NCBI GenBank assembly: GCA_036918135.1
Contig: JBALDB010000015.1
Location: forward strand, 96,001 to 160,000
Length of the DNA stretch: 64,000 nucleotides
Direction: 5' to 3'
Origin: Nostoc sp.
GTDB lineage: Bacteria; Cyanobacteriota; Cyanobacteriia; Cyanobacteriales; Nostocaceae
Part shown: positions 10,449 through 22,205 of the stretch, in pieces
How the letters are laid out: each line of letters starts with the position of its first letter
How positions within the stretch are numbered: the first letter of the stretch is position 1
Program-made: the position numbers and the translations under genes
The notes under the pieces: model-generated
What the model saw: the letters and a program-made list of their open reading frames with translations, nothing else
Databases searched by the model: none
Told to the model about the DNA's origin: nothing

Positions 10449-11753
10449 TTAAAAGTCATCATCATAGTTTCTCACTGTTTTGGGGTCGGGGGCAAAGGCT
10501 AACCAAAGAGGAAATTGCAGCAGGGACAAACTGATTTGATCTTCTGAATCGTCGATAATAATCAAAGGCAATTGATTAGCTTTTACCAATCGGTCTGCTT
10601 TTTGGGCGACAGCTTCAGATGCTTCAAATAATACCACGCCTCGGTCTGGACCAAAATCTGGGCGACCGATTCCCAGACAGTCTTGCAAGCCGCGCCGCCA
10701 TTCACCTAATCGTTCAGGTGTATTAGCTAAGACTAAAGTACGGACGCGATCGCCATACAGCTTGTGTAAGATTGAAATTACGGCTGAGGCAATTAGGATA
10801 TTTTGCAAACGACTACCCATTGTCCGCAAAGCACCCCGCCCTCCTTGGCTGAAAAACCAGTTAGAAACTCGTTCAGCGTGGACTGGTTCAAACGTGCGGC
10901 GCAGTTGCCAAGCCTGACCATAGTAATCTGGCTGATTGCGGTACTGGTCAATTAAGCGGCGAATTTGCTTTGTAGTATCTTGAAACTGTTGTTGAGCAAA
11001 TTGTGGTATTCCTGGCTGAGGTTCAACTGCTTTAGCCTCTTTGAGAGATGGTTTTTCTCTTTCTACCACAGTTGGCGTCAGTTGCAATTGCTCAGCAGCA
11101 GCAGCCAAATCCTGTAAGCTACCCGTGAGATAGTCTTTAAAACCCTGCACTCGAATTGCCAAGTCTTGGGATGCTCCGGCAAAAGTGGTTCGCATCTCGT
11201 TGCGAATACGTTCTTGACGGCGTTCTAACTGTTCTATAGAAATTTGCAGGGCTTGTTTGCGTTGTTCTAACTGCATTACTGACTCTTGTACGAGTCGTCC
11301 CAGAGAAGTTTGAGTTTCACTCAATTGTGCCTGAAGGGTTTTATAGGAAGCTTGCAAGTTAGCTATTTCTTGCTTAAGCGCTGCTTCAGTGGTTTGCAAA
11401 TCTGCCACTCGCTGCTCTGCTGTGGCGTATAATAAACTCTTTTCTGATTCCGCTCTGTCTGACCCCAGTGCAGTAATTTCCGGTTCTAACTGCCCTACAA
11501 ACTCACCATTTAAATTTTGTGTTGGCTCTACTGTAGGATCTACCTCTGCTGTATTGGAGATAGTTGAATCAAAAGTTGCGTGGTTTTCTGATGAGCTAAT
11601 GGCTGCTGTTTCTACCACTGAATCAACAGATGGGTTTGGTTGAGGTTCAACTACATTAGTCTGTTCTTCTTGTGCCAACCATTCATCAACTGGTTCTGGG
11701 GTTTGAGATGCCTCTGGGTTCATAAACAATAGTGTAATTCCTAATGATGCCAA
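10449..11753 (-). CDS. DUF3086 domain protein
   Basis: Coiled coil plus cyanobacterial conserved C-domain; synteny with plsY and DUF3119. Confidence 0.85.
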   Translation of the reverse strand: MASLGITLLFMNPEASQTPEPVDEWLAQEEQTNVVEPQPNPSVDSVVETAAISSSENHATFDSTISNTAEVDPTVEPTQNLNGEFVGQLEPEITALGSDRAESEKSLLYATAEQRVADLQTTEAALKQEIANLQASYKTLQAQLSETQTSLGRLVQESVMQLEQRKQALQISIEQLERRQERIRNEMRTTFAGASQDLAIRVQGFKDYLTGSLQDLAAAAEQLQLTPTVVEREKPSLKEAKAVEPQPGIPQFAQQQFQDTTKQIRRLIDQYRNQPDYYGQAWQLRRTFEPVHAERVSNWFFSQGGRGALRTMGSRLQNILIASAVISILHKLYGDRVRTLVLANTPERLGEWRRGLQDCLGIGRPDFGPDRGVVLFEASEAVAQKADRLVKANQLPLIIIDDSEDQISLSLLQFPLWLAFAPDPKTVRNYDDDF

Positions 11754-11918
11754 TAAATAGCTTTTAAAAATATTACAATTAACAAGCTTTCAAAGTCCTA
11801 AGTTTCAAAACGTACTGAATTTTGAGTTTTTAGTATAGATTACAACTACTCATCATTTAGTTAAAAGTTTGAGCGGCGGCTTTTACCACTCAAATCTTCG
11901 CTGACTCAGGACTCAGTA

Positions 11919-12305
11919 CTAAATGTACGGACAACGTTCTTCCAAGCAAGTTTTCAAGGTGATGGGGTCAAATAAAATCGGCAAAAAGTGAATGCTTTTG
12001 ATTTCTCTAAAGTAAAACAGGATAGGAACTCTATTCCAGAAGATACGCCAATTTTGCCATTCCTGATACGGAAAACGCCGAATCAATTTTTCGCCTCTGT
12101 GAATATCTAAGTCGGTAGCGGTAAATTGCAAGCGCAGTGTTAACGCTTGAAACGTCAGAAATAAGCCAAACAGCATAAAAGCAAAGCCTATCCACGGTTG
12201 TACTAATATTAATGGAATAGCACCAATTACCAACACTATAGGTATATTGTAGCTAGGCTTGAGTTCCACAGTCGCAGTGGAGTTAGGGGCAAATGAACTG
12301 GTCAC
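11919..12305 (-). CDS. DUF3119 family protein
   Basis: RRFPY..W.NWRIFW, YFREIKSIHFLPILFD. Confidence 0.85.
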   Translation of the reverse strand: MTSSFAPNSTATVELKPSYNIPIVLVIGAIPLILVQPWIGFAFMLFGLFLTFQALTLRLQFTATDLDIHRGEKLIRRFPYQEWQNWRIFWNRVPILFYFREIKSIHFLPILFDPITLKTCLEERCPYI

Positions 12306-12402
12306 TGTCTTAAATAGTGCTTTGTTAGTAGATATCTCTCTATTTTAGGAGTGAGGAGCTAGGAGTTAAAGGTTAAAACTCCTAACTCTGTGAACTTCCA
12401 TT

Positions 12403-13200
12403 TTATGAGCCTTGCAGGAATGCACTCCCAGTGCCCTGAAACATTAACCAAGAAAGAAAGAAATTAGTAACAAAGATAATCAGCAAAGCAGTCACAACAG
12501 CAGCTGTGGTTGACTGTCCTACACCTTTGGCTCCTCCTGTTGTTGTCATGCCCCAACTGCAACCAATTACAGCGATTAGAATACCAAAGCAGCACGCTTT
12601 AATCATGGCGCTAAAAATATCCCAAAGACCAAGAAAGTTACGGGCTGAGTCCAGAAAGACGGTATCAGAGAGGTTGTAAATATTTGTCGCAATTATCAAT
12701 CCTCCTAACATTCCTGTGACCAGAGATAAGAGGGTTAAAATTGGAAGCATTAAAAAACAAGCAATAACGCGGGGGATAACTAGGTAATCGATTGGATCTG
12801 TTCTTAGCATCAACATAGCATCGATTTGTTCTGTCACCCGCATCGTACCGATTTCTGCTGCAAAGGCAGAACCGACTCGCCCCGCCAAAACCACTGCTGT
12901 TAAGACAGGAGAAAGTTCTCGTGTCAAGGCTACGGAAAGCACTCCGCCGATAATGTTCCCGGCGCCAAAGTTGATAAATTCTCGCGCCACCTGAATAGTA
13001 AACACCGCACCGACGAAAATAGCCGTTAATAGAGCAATAAATAAGGAATCTGGCCCGACTGCTGCCATTTGCTCTAAGGTATTGCGGCGATGAATTTTAC
13101 CCTTTAATAGGTGAACTAGTACTTGCCCACCTAGAAAAATCGCTGCCAGCAACCGCTGACTCCATTCTCCTAAACTGGATTTGGATGTAGTCTGGTTCAA
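12403..13200 (-). CDS. mlaE: MlaE-family (Ycf63-like) ABC lipid permease
   Basis: RELSPVLTA, GRVGSAFAAEIGTM.VTEQIDA, GGAKGVG. Confidence 0.9.
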   Translation of the reverse strand: MNQTTSKSSLGEWSQRLLAAIFLGGQVLVHLLKGKIHRRNTLEQMAAVGPDSLFIALLTAIFVGAVFTIQVAREFINFGAGNIIGGVLSVALTRELSPVLTAVVLAGRVGSAFAAEIGTMRVTEQIDAMLMLRTDPIDYLVIPRVIACFLMLPILTLLSLVTGMLGGLIIATNIYNLSDTVFLDSARNFLGLWDIFSAMIKACCFGILIAVIGCSWGMTTTGGAKGVGQSTTAAVVTALLIIFVTNFFLSWLMFQGTGSAFLQGS

Positions 13201-13697
13201 TGTTTTGTAGCTAACTTGGTAACTGCCTTAAGAATAGCGAAAGTCGTGGGAAATGGGGAATGGGGCATTGGGAGTTTGGTCAGGGTTGTTGCTTTTTTAT
13301 AATCTACACACTCCCTCATCTCCCGGTTTGGTGAGTTTCGACTACGCAAAAATCGAGCGAAGTTGAGATTCAACTACCGCCAAGTCGAACCACATTTCCC
13401 CACTCTCTAAATAGGGCTGAATATTAACTTAGTTTAAAGATGTTCTCAGAAAATAAAGCTGTTATTAAACGTGTTGCTAAGCGATAAACAGGTACTAACT
13501 TTGTCTATAACCTTTATTTGACAAAGATTTTGTAGATTTCAGTTTTTTTTTACATCCCCAGCATATGATGTAACTTGTAGCGGTTTATTTTAATGAAAAC
13601 TTAAGATTTTTGACAGATTGTCTGGTCTCAAGCAATTGCACGTATTGTAGAAAATGACAAACCGCTATCGAGCTATTGTCATCTTCACTCACGGAGT

Positions 13698-14003
13698 TTG
13701 TCTTCAATGACTATTTTCGCTAGCTTTCTCCGCTCCCTGTTACTGACGGTCGTTTTTAGTTTTGTCGCCCCCATGTTGCTAATTGGCGGGGGATTGCTGT
13801 TTCTATTCCTGATGGGTCGTTTTCCGGGTTTACAAGAGTTGACTGAGGCGATCGCTACTGCGATTATGGATTTTCTTGCCACCTTTGGCAGTGGAACTCC
13901 TGTACGCGGATTATTTGTAATTAGCTTGACCTGTAGTTTCGTCGGTACACTATTTGATATTTACGTTTGTTATCGGTGTCAAATTTTACGAAGCGATTCT
14001 TAA
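13698..14003 (+). CDS. Small hypothetical membrane protein
   Basis: 101-aa hydrophobic ORF. Confidence 0.6.
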   Translation: MSSMTIFASFLRSLLLTVVFSFVAPMLLIGGGLLFLFLMGRFPGLQELTEAIATAIMDFLATFGSGTPVRGLFVISLTCSFVGTLFDIYVCYRCQILRSDS

Positions 14004-14187
14004 ATAGTGAAAATAGCTTTGCTCAGATGTTCATCAACTGTACAAAATAAAAAAGTGATTTTCTCAACTAAAACTACCGTTGGTCTGAACTTGATAAAGA
14101 TTAGTGTTAATAAACGAATTTTTTATTAATTAAAGTACTAAAATTATTGATTAAATATTCAATGAATTATTAGTTATTAATTACTAA

Positions 14188-14273
14188 TATGGCCGTAGTC
14201 ATATAGGTTAGGACATAATAACAAGCGTGAATGTCAGCAAGAGTGATGTTTTTACCTCCTGCCTCCTGCTATA
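14188..14273. repeat. Dispersed MITE-like repeat (copy A)
   Basis: Reverse-complement homolog at 37545-37653; TAT(A/G)GC...GCTATA ends. Confidence 0.75.
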
Positions 14274-14612
14274 ACTAATGCAGGTCTGCGCCTGTAGCAA
14301 ACTACTTCTATCTTAGAAGCCCAAGCCCAAAAACTTTGAGATTTTTGAATCCCCTAAAACAGCAAAAATAGCGCTTCTAAATCATCACGGTGGACATGAA
14401 AGTAGAGTTAGGTATTTTATACTAGCTACAATCTTCAATAACTTAATTAATATTCACCAAAAATTTCACAAAAAAGTATCTCTAAAATATAAAAAAATTC
14501 TTAAAATTCTGGTAAAAACAATGACCGCTCATGTTTCTTAACAGAACCAAGGAGGTCGTTTGACCGCTGGGCATCTTATATTAAGTTTATGACGAAGTTA
14601 TGTTGACAACTC

Positions 14613-15434
14613 ATGGTTTGGCCGTTTAAGCCCAAGTTTAAGAAACAAATTGCGCGAATTGAAATTACTGGTGCGATCGCGGGTGCTACTCGCAAACGCG
14701 TCCTAGAAGCCCTGAAAACTATAGAAGAAAAAAAGTTTCCGGCTTTATTACTGCGTATCGATAGTCCTGGCGGTACAGTCGGAGATTCCCAAGAAATCTA
14801 CAGTGCCTTAAAGCGTTTGCGCGAAAAAATTAAAATTGTTGCCAGCTTTGGCAATATTTCGGCTTCCGGAGGCGTCTATATTGGGATGGGAGCCGAACAC
14901 ATCATAGCTAATCCAGGTACGATTACAGGTAGCATTGGTGTGATTCTGCGTGGGAATAATTTGGAACGCTTGTTAGAAAAAATCGGTGTTTCCTTCAAGG
15001 TAATTAAGTCGGGGCCTTACAAAGACATTTTGGCTTTTGACCGGGAACTGACTCAACCAGAAGCAAACATTCTTCAAGAATTGATTGACACAAGTTATCA
15101 GCAGTTTGTGCAAACGGTAGCTGATGGTCGTTCTTTGACGGTAGAAGCCGTGAGAAATTTTGCCGATGGGCGGATTTTTACTGGACAGCAAGCCCTAGAA
15201 TTAGGAATTGTAGACCGCTTGGGCACAGAAGAAGATGCCCGTCGTTGGACAGCGGAACTAGTCGGTCTCGATCCAGAAAAAACTCTTTGCTATACCCTAG
15301 AAGAACGTAAACCTTTATTGAGTCGGATTCTCCCAGGTAATCGCCAGGTTTCATCTGGAATTCGCTCTGGAATCGATTGGCTCGAATTTGAAATGTCTAC
15401 TAGTGGTTTACCCTTGTGGTTGTATCGACCATAA
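14613..15434 (+). CDS. sppA: Signal peptide peptidase SppA (36K type)
   Basis: RIDSPGG, SASGGVY, TGSIGV, KSGPYKD. Confidence 0.95.
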   Translation: MVWPFKPKFKKQIARIEITGAIAGATRKRVLEALKTIEEKKFPALLLRIDSPGGTVGDSQEIYSALKRLREKIKIVASFGNISASGGVYIGMGAEHIIANPGTITGSIGVILRGNNLERLLEKIGVSFKVIKSGPYKDILAFDRELTQPEANILQELIDTSYQQFVQTVADGRSLTVEAVRNFADGRIFTGQQALELGIVDRLGTEEDARRWTAELVGLDPEKTLCYTLEERKPLLSRILPGNRQVSSGIRSGIDWLEFEMSTSGLPLWLYRP

Positions 15435-15662
15435 TATGGTTGTTTATAATTAGTCATTTGTCCTTTGTTGTTTATCATTAGTCATTTGTTTTTTGTCCAA
15501 AGTTTAATGACCAATGACCAATGACCAAATGACTGATGACTAAGCGCAAAGTCTGTAGACGCTTCTGCGGCTTCCCGCAGGGTGCGGAGGTTTCCTCCAA
15601 TCAGAACTTTGTAAGAATGACCACTGACCAATGACTAATGATTAATTAAGGAGGATTTTCGC

Positions 15663-16076
15663 GTGGAGTGGCAAATGCGGGCTATTCGCGGAGCAACAAC
15701 AGTTGCCGAAAATACTATTGAGGCAATGCGAGAGGTGGTTACAGAATTACTCGATGAACTAGAAAATCGGAATGAATTCCAGCCAAAAGACATGATTAGC
15801 GTCACATTCTCCGTAACACAGGATTTAGATGCTATTTTTCCAGCAGCGATCGCCAGAGCGCGTCCCGGCTGGGATAATGTGGCAATGCTAGATGTGCAAC
15901 AAATGCATGTGGAAGGCAGTTTACAGCGCTGTATCCGGTTTTTAATCCACGCCTACCTCCCAGCCTCCGCTCCAATTCATCATATATATTTACGCAACGC
16001 TGCGAGTTTGCGCCCCGATTGGAGTTTGCCCCAGTATTTACAGACACCACAGCAAGCAGTTAAATCGAAAGTGTAA
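15663..16076 (+). CDS. aroH: Chorismate mutase AroH
   Basis: RAIRGATT, FPAAIAR, CIR, LRPDW. Confidence 0.95.
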   Translation: MEWQMRAIRGATTVAENTIEAMREVVTELLDELENRNEFQPKDMISVTFSVTQDLDAIFPAAIARARPGWDNVAMLDVQQMHVEGSLQRCIRFLIHAYLPASAPIHHIYLRNAASLRPDWSLPQYLQTPQQAVKSKV

Positions 16077-16254
16077 ATTATTTAGACAAATTTATTTAAA
16101 AAAGAAAATTGAATAAAGTCTTACGGTAGTAATAGGGCTACTGAACTTGCTGCGATGAGTGGAAAAATTGCCACTTGCTTTTCGTAATAATTTACGATCT
16201 TTGGTAAAGCGATCGCACTCAAAATTGAGATATTGAGTTATTAGGTAGTTCGTA

Positions 16255-16779
16255 ATGATTGTCCGATTCTATTTAGAGGAGCAACCAGACTCAGAAGGTC
16301 GGATGATTGCCGAAATATGGGCTTGGAATTTTAAACAATTGGAATACGTCCACAATTATATTCAGTGGTTGTTTCCTTTACCTGAGCGAAGTGCATTCAA
16401 TCCTCATGCTCCTGTTGTTAATGGGCAAGTAATTCAATCATTTCATACCAACCCACGCCTACGTCAAAATTTGCTGCGTTCCTTGACAGTTATGCTTGAG
16501 TTTTATGGGTTGCAGCGCCAAAACAGCGAGGATGGGAAAATAGTTATCAGCAAGTCAGAAGAATATCCTAAACGCAAAAGCGAATGGGTTTGTATATTTA
16601 ACCACAATTATCTTCGCATCACCCGAATTTTAAAGTGCTTGATGAATTTCGGATTGGAGAATGAAGCCCAAGCGTTTTATGAGTGCTTGCAGCAAATCTA
16701 CCACGAGGATAGCGAGCGTATTGGCTTTGAAACATTTCAATATTGGACAATTGCAGTCAAACAAAATCGGACAGTTTAA
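16255..16779 (+). CDS. Opioid growth factor receptor (OGFr_N)-like domain protein
   Basis: LEYVHNYIQWLFPL and HNYLRITRILKCL motifs. Confidence 0.85.
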   Translation: MIVRFYLEEQPDSEGRMIAEIWAWNFKQLEYVHNYIQWLFPLPERSAFNPHAPVVNGQVIQSFHTNPRLRQNLLRSLTVMLEFYGLQRQNSEDGKIVISKSEEYPKRKSEWVCIFNHNYLRITRILKCLMNFGLENEAQAFYECLQQIYHEDSERIGFETFQYWTIAVKQNRTV

Positions 16780-16837
16780 TCGAGTCTCAATTACCCTGTG
16801 AACTTTAAAAAATTATTTTGATTTTTAAATTTAAAAA

Positions 16838-17959
16838 ATGTCCTCTGGATACACACTACCTGTATTTGCGTGTGCTGCTGCTGTTGCAGCTTTACATTGG
16901 TTACGCGATCGCCAGCCTTTAAGCATAACATCGATAAATCTAATTGAACCAGATCGAATAGCAGAAATACCAATTGAACAGGTAGCAGGACTATCTGAAA
17001 ATATGGCTTTGGCAATCACCCGCAGCGAACCTGGTGACAACCTCGATTTGACTAGAAATACACCGATTTGGGCACTAGTGGAGTGGAGAAGCAAAGATGA
17101 AAAAGAGGGAGAGACAGTAATTATTAAGGGGGGAGAAGGAATTGGCAGACAGATGAATGCCGATAGCAAACCTGCTATTTATACCTATGCTCGAAGGTTA
17201 TTACAAGAGAATTTGCAACGAATGTTGGCACCGTTAGAAAAAATCACGGTGACGATTATTTTACCTGAAGGTCGATCGCTTGCTGTTCGGACTTCAAATT
17301 CTGCTTTTGGTGTAGTTGAAGGACTTTCGCTTTTAGGCACAACTGGCATTTCCCAACCTTTGAGTACACCAGAGCAACTTGCGGTTTTTCGGGCCGAATT
17401 ACAAAATAAAGCCAGTCGTTTTGATAGTTTGGTATTCTGTATTGGCGAGAATGGGCTAGATTTGGCGCGTCAACTAGGGATTAATTCCGAACAATTGGTG
17501 AAAACTGCTAACTGGCTTGGGCCAATGTTAGTAGAAGCTGATGTGCTGGGTATCAAAGAAATCTTATTATTTGGCTATCACGGTAAACTGCTGAAACTAG
17601 CAGGAGGAATTTTTCACACCCATCACCATCTAGCTGATGGACGCCGGGAAATTTTAGCAGCCCACTGTGCGATCGCTGGTTTAAAATCACCAGATATTCA
17701 AACTGTCTTTCACAGTCCTACCGCTGAAGCCGCACTTACATATCTCAGATCCCTAGACGCTTCCACAGGCAGTGATTGGGTAAATCAAGTTTACAATGCG
17801 ATCGCCGAAACCATCGATGTTCGTTCCCAGGAATACATCCAAAGCCACAGCCAAAGGGGTAGAGAAGTTACAGTCTGTGGCTCGATCCTCTTCGATCGCG
17901 ATCGTAAAATTATCGTCAAGAGTAAAACTGCTGGTCTGTTGATGGGAAAATTATGTTAA
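16838..17959 (+). CDS. cbiD: Cobalt-precorrin-5B C1-methyltransferase CbiD
   Basis: SGYTLPVFACAAA, GDNLDLT, GLSLLGTTG, GYHGKLLKLAGGIFHTH. Confidence 0.95.
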   Translation: MSSGYTLPVFACAAAVAALHWLRDRQPLSITSINLIEPDRIAEIPIEQVAGLSENMALAITRSEPGDNLDLTRNTPIWALVEWRSKDEKEGETVIIKGGEGIGRQMNADSKPAIYTYARRLLQENLQRMLAPLEKITVTIILPEGRSLAVRTSNSAFGVVEGLSLLGTTGISQPLSTPEQLAVFRAELQNKASRFDSLVFCIGENGLDLARQLGINSEQLVKTANWLGPMLVEADVLGIKEILLFGYHGKLLKLAGGIFHTHHHLADGRREILAAHCAIAGLKSPDIQTVFHSPTAEAALTYLRSLDASTGSDWVNQVYNAIAETIDVRSQEYIQSHSQRGREVTVCGSILFDRDRKIIVKSKTAGLLMGKLC

Positions 17960-18189
17960 CTTATTATGAATAATCGTAAACAATTCCCATAAATAATCTT
18001 TTAAGTAATCTCTTTAGGATAAGTTTATCCTTCTAATACCATCTCCGATTACGGGAATAGACAAGCGCATATAAATAGGCGTTTGTCAAGGTTATTTATA
18101 CCATTATCAGCCCACCCAGGCTGAATAATAACATCTAGCTAAGATTACAGGGCATCAATTTATCCTTCACAGACATAATTCTCCCCGTT

Positions 18190-19812
18190 ATGAATACAGC
18201 GGTGACTCTACCAACAGAACAAGCGTCCCAAACATTAGAAAATTATGGGCAGCTGAATCGTCAATTAATTGTGATTTTGGACTTTGGCTCTCAATATTCC
18301 GAGTTGATTGCCCGTCGCATCCGCGAGACTCAAGTATACTCTGAAGTTTTGTCTTATCGCACTAGTTCTGCACATTTGCGCCAACTCAATCCGAAGGGAA
18401 TCATCCTTTCTGGCGGGCCGAGTTCGGTTTATGGCAATAACGCTCCCCATTGTGACCCAGAAATCTGGAATTTGGGAATACCCATCTTGGGTGTTTGCTA
18501 TGGGATGCAGCTAATGGTGAATCAACTCGGTGGGGAAGTGGCAAAGGCCGACCGAGGCGAATACGGAAAAGCATCATTATATATAGACGATCCTACAGAT
18601 TTGTTCACCAATGTTGAAGATGGTATCACCATGTGGATGAGTCATGGAGACTCAGTTACCCAAATGCCACCAGGGTTTGAATTATTAGCGCATACAGAAA
18701 ATACTCCCTGTGCTGCCATTGCCGACCACAGAAGGAAACTTTATGGCGTGCAGTTCCATCCAGAGGTGGTACATTCAATTGGTGGTATAGCATTAATTCG
18801 GAATTTTGTCTACCATATCTGCGATTGCGAACCTACTTGGACGACAGCAGCTTTTGTAGAAGAAGCAATTCGGGAAATTCGTGCCAGAGTTGGCGATAAA
18901 CGGGTATTGTTGGCTTTGTCTGGGGGTGTGGATTCTTCGACTTTGGCGTTCTTGTTGTATCAAGCTATTGGTGACCAACTGACTTGCGTGTTTATCGACC
19001 AAGGCTTCATGCGAAAGTATGAGCCAGAGCGATTAGTGAAGCTGTTCCAAGAGCAGTTTCATATTCCTGTAGAATATGTGAATGCTCGCGATCGCTTTTT
19101 AACCACCATTTCTGGTGTTACAGATCCCGAAGAAAAACGTCGCCGCATCGGACACGAATTCATTCGGGTATTTGAAGAAACATCCAAACGCCTCGGTCAC
19201 TTTGACTATCTGGCTCAAGGGACTCTTTATCCAGATGTGATCGAATCTGCTGATACCAACGTCGATCCCCAAACTGGCGAACGAGTAGCAGTGAAAATTA
19301 AGAGCCATCACAATGTAGGTGGTTTGCCAAAAGATTTACGATTTAAATTAGTAGAACCACTGCGGAAACTATTTAAAGATGAAGTCCGCAAAGTTGGACG
19401 TTCCATCGGTTTACCAGAAGAAATTGTTCAACGCCAACCTTTTCCTGGCCCTGGTTTGGCAATTCGTATTCTCGGTGAAATCACCGCCGAACGGTTAAAT
19501 ATTTTGCGCGATGCCGATTTAATCGTGCGGCAAGAAATAAATCAACGCGGTTTGTATAATACTTTTTGGCAAGCATTTGCTGTGTTGCTGCCTATTCGCA
19601 GTGTGGGCGTCATGGGAGATCAACGCACCTATGCTTATCCCATCGTTTTGCGGATTGTCACTAGTGAAGATGGGATGACAGCAGATTGGGCGAGAGTTCC
19701 TTACGATGTACTGGAAGTAATTTCCACTCGAATTGTGAATGAAGTCAAAGGGGTGAATCGAGTGGTTTATGACATAACTTCTAAGCCGCCTGGAACCATT
19801 GAGTGGGAATGA
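18190..19812 (+). CDS. guaA: GMP synthase (glutamine-hydrolysing)
   Basis: [42 protein letters not shown]. Confidence 0.98.
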   Translation: MNTAVTLPTEQASQTLENYGQLNRQLIVILDFGSQYSELIARRIRETQVYSEVLSYRTSSAHLRQLNPKGIILSGGPSSVYGNNAPHCDPEIWNLGIPILGVCYGMQLMVNQLGGEVAKADRGEYGKASLYIDDPTDLFTNVEDGITMWMSHGDSVTQMPPGFELLAHTENTPCAAIADHRRKLYGVQFHPEVVHSIGGIALIRNFVYHICDCEPTWTTAAFVEEAIREIRARVGDKRVLLALSGGVDSSTLAFLLYQAIGDQLTCVFIDQGFMRKYEPERLVKLFQEQFHIPVEYVNARDRFLTTISGVTDPEEKRRRIGHEFIRVFEETSKRLGHFDYLAQGTLYPDVIESADTNVDPQTGERVAVKIKSHHNVGGLPKDLRFKLVEPLRKLFKDEVRKVGRSIGLPEEIVQRQPFPGPGLAIRILGEITAERLNILRDADLIVRQEINQRGLYNTFWQAFAVLLPIRSVGVMGDQRTYAYPIVLRIVTSEDGMTADWARVPYDVLEVISTRIVNEVKGVNRVVYDITSKPPGTIEWE

Positions 19813-19901
19813 TTTAGTTTTTGGTAAGGGGAAGATGAGTTTCTCTTTCCCTTTCACTAAATACTAAAATTGGGAAAACATCACCAGGTTTTGCTCCCAC
19901 C

Positions 19902-20399
19902 ATGCAGACACCACAAAAAGGGCAAACAGCCAAAAGTGCGAACCAAAACCTCTATGAAACTGATTTCCACGCCTGGACTCAACAACAGGCTAACTTGTTA
20001 CGCGATCGGCAATGGAGTCAATTGGATTTATCCAATTTAATTGAGGAAATTGAGTCCTTGGGCAGAAAAGAACGCCAAGAATTGAGAAATCGTTTGAGTC
20101 TGTTAATTGGACATTTGTTGAAGTGGGAATATCAACCAGAACAACGTAGTCGGAGTTGGTTAGCTACAATTCGGGTGCAACGGCGGGAGATTATGAAGTT
20201 GCTGAGTGAAAATCCTAGTTTAAAGCCATATTTGCCAGAATTACTCCCGGAGGCTTATGAGAATGCTAAGGATTTGGCTTCAGGCGAAACAAACCTACCG
20301 CTATCAACTTTTGCACAGGAATGTTTATATTCATTGGAAAACATTTTCAGCGATCGCTTTTATCCAGGTGCATCTGCCACGGATGAACTAATAGAATAA
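19902..20399 (+). CDS. DUF29 family protein
   Basis: LYETDFHAW, NLIEEIESLG, HLLKW. Confidence 0.9.
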   Translation: MQTPQKGQTAKSANQNLYETDFHAWTQQQANLLRDRQWSQLDLSNLIEEIESLGRKERQELRNRLSLLIGHLLKWEYQPEQRSRSWLATIRVQRREIMKLLSENPSLKPYLPELLPEAYENAKDLASGETNLPLSTFAQECLYSLENIFSDRFYPGASATDELIE

Positions 20400-20694
20400 T
20401 CTAATTTTACAGCAGATATTTATTTGAAAATTCACGATTTCCAGATTTGAGCCAGACTATACATCCAACTTGATTCTGGCTTCTAAATCATGCTGCCAAA
20501 AATTCATAAAAATTATAAATTCGGTTAAGTTATGTTGATTTTATGCGAAAATTTCTCAATAAATCAACGAATTTGTTGGGTTTGAGGAGTTGACTAATTA
20601 CAGGCTTTTTTGATATTCTCGAATTCTTGGTTATTATTGGCTACTGCTATAAATACTTTCATTTTTGCCAATTAAAAGTATTAATTTTTAATTT

Positions 20695-22203
20695 TTATAA
20701 CGGTAACTTGACGGTAAAGGTAGTTCCTTGTCCAACGCCAAGACTAGCAACTTCGATACAGCCGCCATGTAATTCAACCAGATGACGAGCGATTGCCAAA
20801 CCTAGTCCCAAACCACCTTGTTTGTGAGTGGAATGTCCTTGATAATAGCGTTCAAAGACGTAGGGTAGAAACTCTGGGCTGATGCCGATGCCTGTATCGC
20901 TAACTGTGATTTGGGTATGAGAGCCAGTGTGAAATAATCTAACTTCTACCCGTCCCCCTGAGGAGGTAAATTTAATAGCGTTTGAGAGTAAATTTCCTAA
21001 AACTTGCAGCAAACGGTTGATATCGCCGGAAATTGGGGGAATTGACCTGTCAGCTATGGACTCTAAACGAATATTCTTAGCGTTTGCCAATGGATAAGCA
21101 GTTTCTATTGCTGCGCCTATAATTACATCAAGATTAACTTGGCTCAGTTCAAGCTGTAACTTACCTTGAAGAATGCGGGATATATTAAGTAGGTCTTCGA
21201 GAAGTTTTTCCTGAGACCTAGCATTGCGTTCAATCGTTTCTAGAGCTTTAGCGAGGCTGGCTTCATCGAATTTGCGAGTCCGCAACAGTCGTACCCAGCC
21301 GAGAATGGCATTGAGTGGAGAGCGCAGGTCATGGGATACCATTGCGACAAACTCATCTTTAGTGCGGTTAGCAGACTCAGCTTGGGCGCGGGCGGCTTGT
21401 TCGAGTTGCAAAAGCCGATCGCGTTCGGCTTCTAAGTGTTTGCGATCGTCAATATCTGTACTCGTACCAAACCACTTAATAATACTTCCTTGTTCATCCT
21501 GAATGGGTACGCCTCGGACTAAATGCCAGGAATAGCTACCATCGCGTTTTTGATAGCGCATTTCCTGTTGATAAAGTTCCCCTGTTCGCAAGGCTTGAGT
21601 CCATCCTTGAATAGCTGCTTGGATATCGTCGGGATGGATAACTTTTATCCAACCAAACCCCATTGCCTCCTCAAGCGTTTGCCCAGTAAATTCATACCAG
21701 CGTAGATTGACATGCTCGCATTCACCATCACGATTGTAGATCCAGACAAGTTGTGGCATGGCATTGGATAAGTAGCGGTAGCGTTCCTCGCTGCGTTGTA
21801 GTTGCTGACTTAACTGAGTGTTTTTGATTGCTGAGTAGACAGTAGAATGCAAACGTTCTGCTGTTGTCTGTCCTTTAATCAGATAATCTTGAACGCCACT
21901 TTTCATCGCCTGAACAGCTATAGCCTCATTGCCATATCCCGTTAACATAATTACAGCTGGCATAGTTCCCTTTGACTGCTGCCGTAATTCTGCCAGAAAT
22001 TCTAATCCATCCATGTCTGGCAGCAGAAAGTCTAATAAAATTGCCTCAGGCTGCAACTGTTGACATAATGCCAATGCTTGTTCTCCCGATTCTTCTTCAA
22101 GAATTGTGTAGCTGCGTTCTTGGTCTTGCAGGAGATAGCGACAATAAACCTGTCGGTCTTCAGGAGAATCATCGATAATTAAAACGGTTAGCGGTTGTAC
22201 CAT
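20695..22203 (-). CDS. Hybrid histidine kinase (REC-PAS-HisKA-HATPase)
   Basis: IIDDS...LLD receiver, PAS IHPDD, SHDLRSPL H-box, GLGLGL. Confidence 0.92.
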   Translation of the reverse strand: MVQPLTVLIIDDSPEDRQVYCRYLLQDQERSYTILEEESGEQALALCQQLQPEAILLDFLLPDMDGLEFLAELRQQSKGTMPAVIMLTGYGNEAIAVQAMKSGVQDYLIKGQTTAERLHSTVYSAIKNTQLSQQLQRSEERYRYLSNAMPQLVWIYNRDGECEHVNLRWYEFTGQTLEEAMGFGWIKVIHPDDIQAAIQGWTQALRTGELYQQEMRYQKRDGSYSWHLVRGVPIQDEQGSIIKWFGTSTDIDDRKHLEAERDRLLQLEQAARAQAESANRTKDEFVAMVSHDLRSPLNAILGWVRLLRTRKFDEASLAKALETIERNARSQEKLLEDLLNISRILQGKLQLELSQVNLDVIIGAAIETAYPLANAKNIRLESIADRSIPPISGDINRLLQVLGNLLSNAIKFTSSGGRVEVRLFHTGSHTQITVSDTGIGISPEFLPYVFERYYQGHSTHKQGGLGLGLAIARHLVELHGGCIEVASLGVGQGTTFTVKLPL

Positions 22204-22205
22204 GA

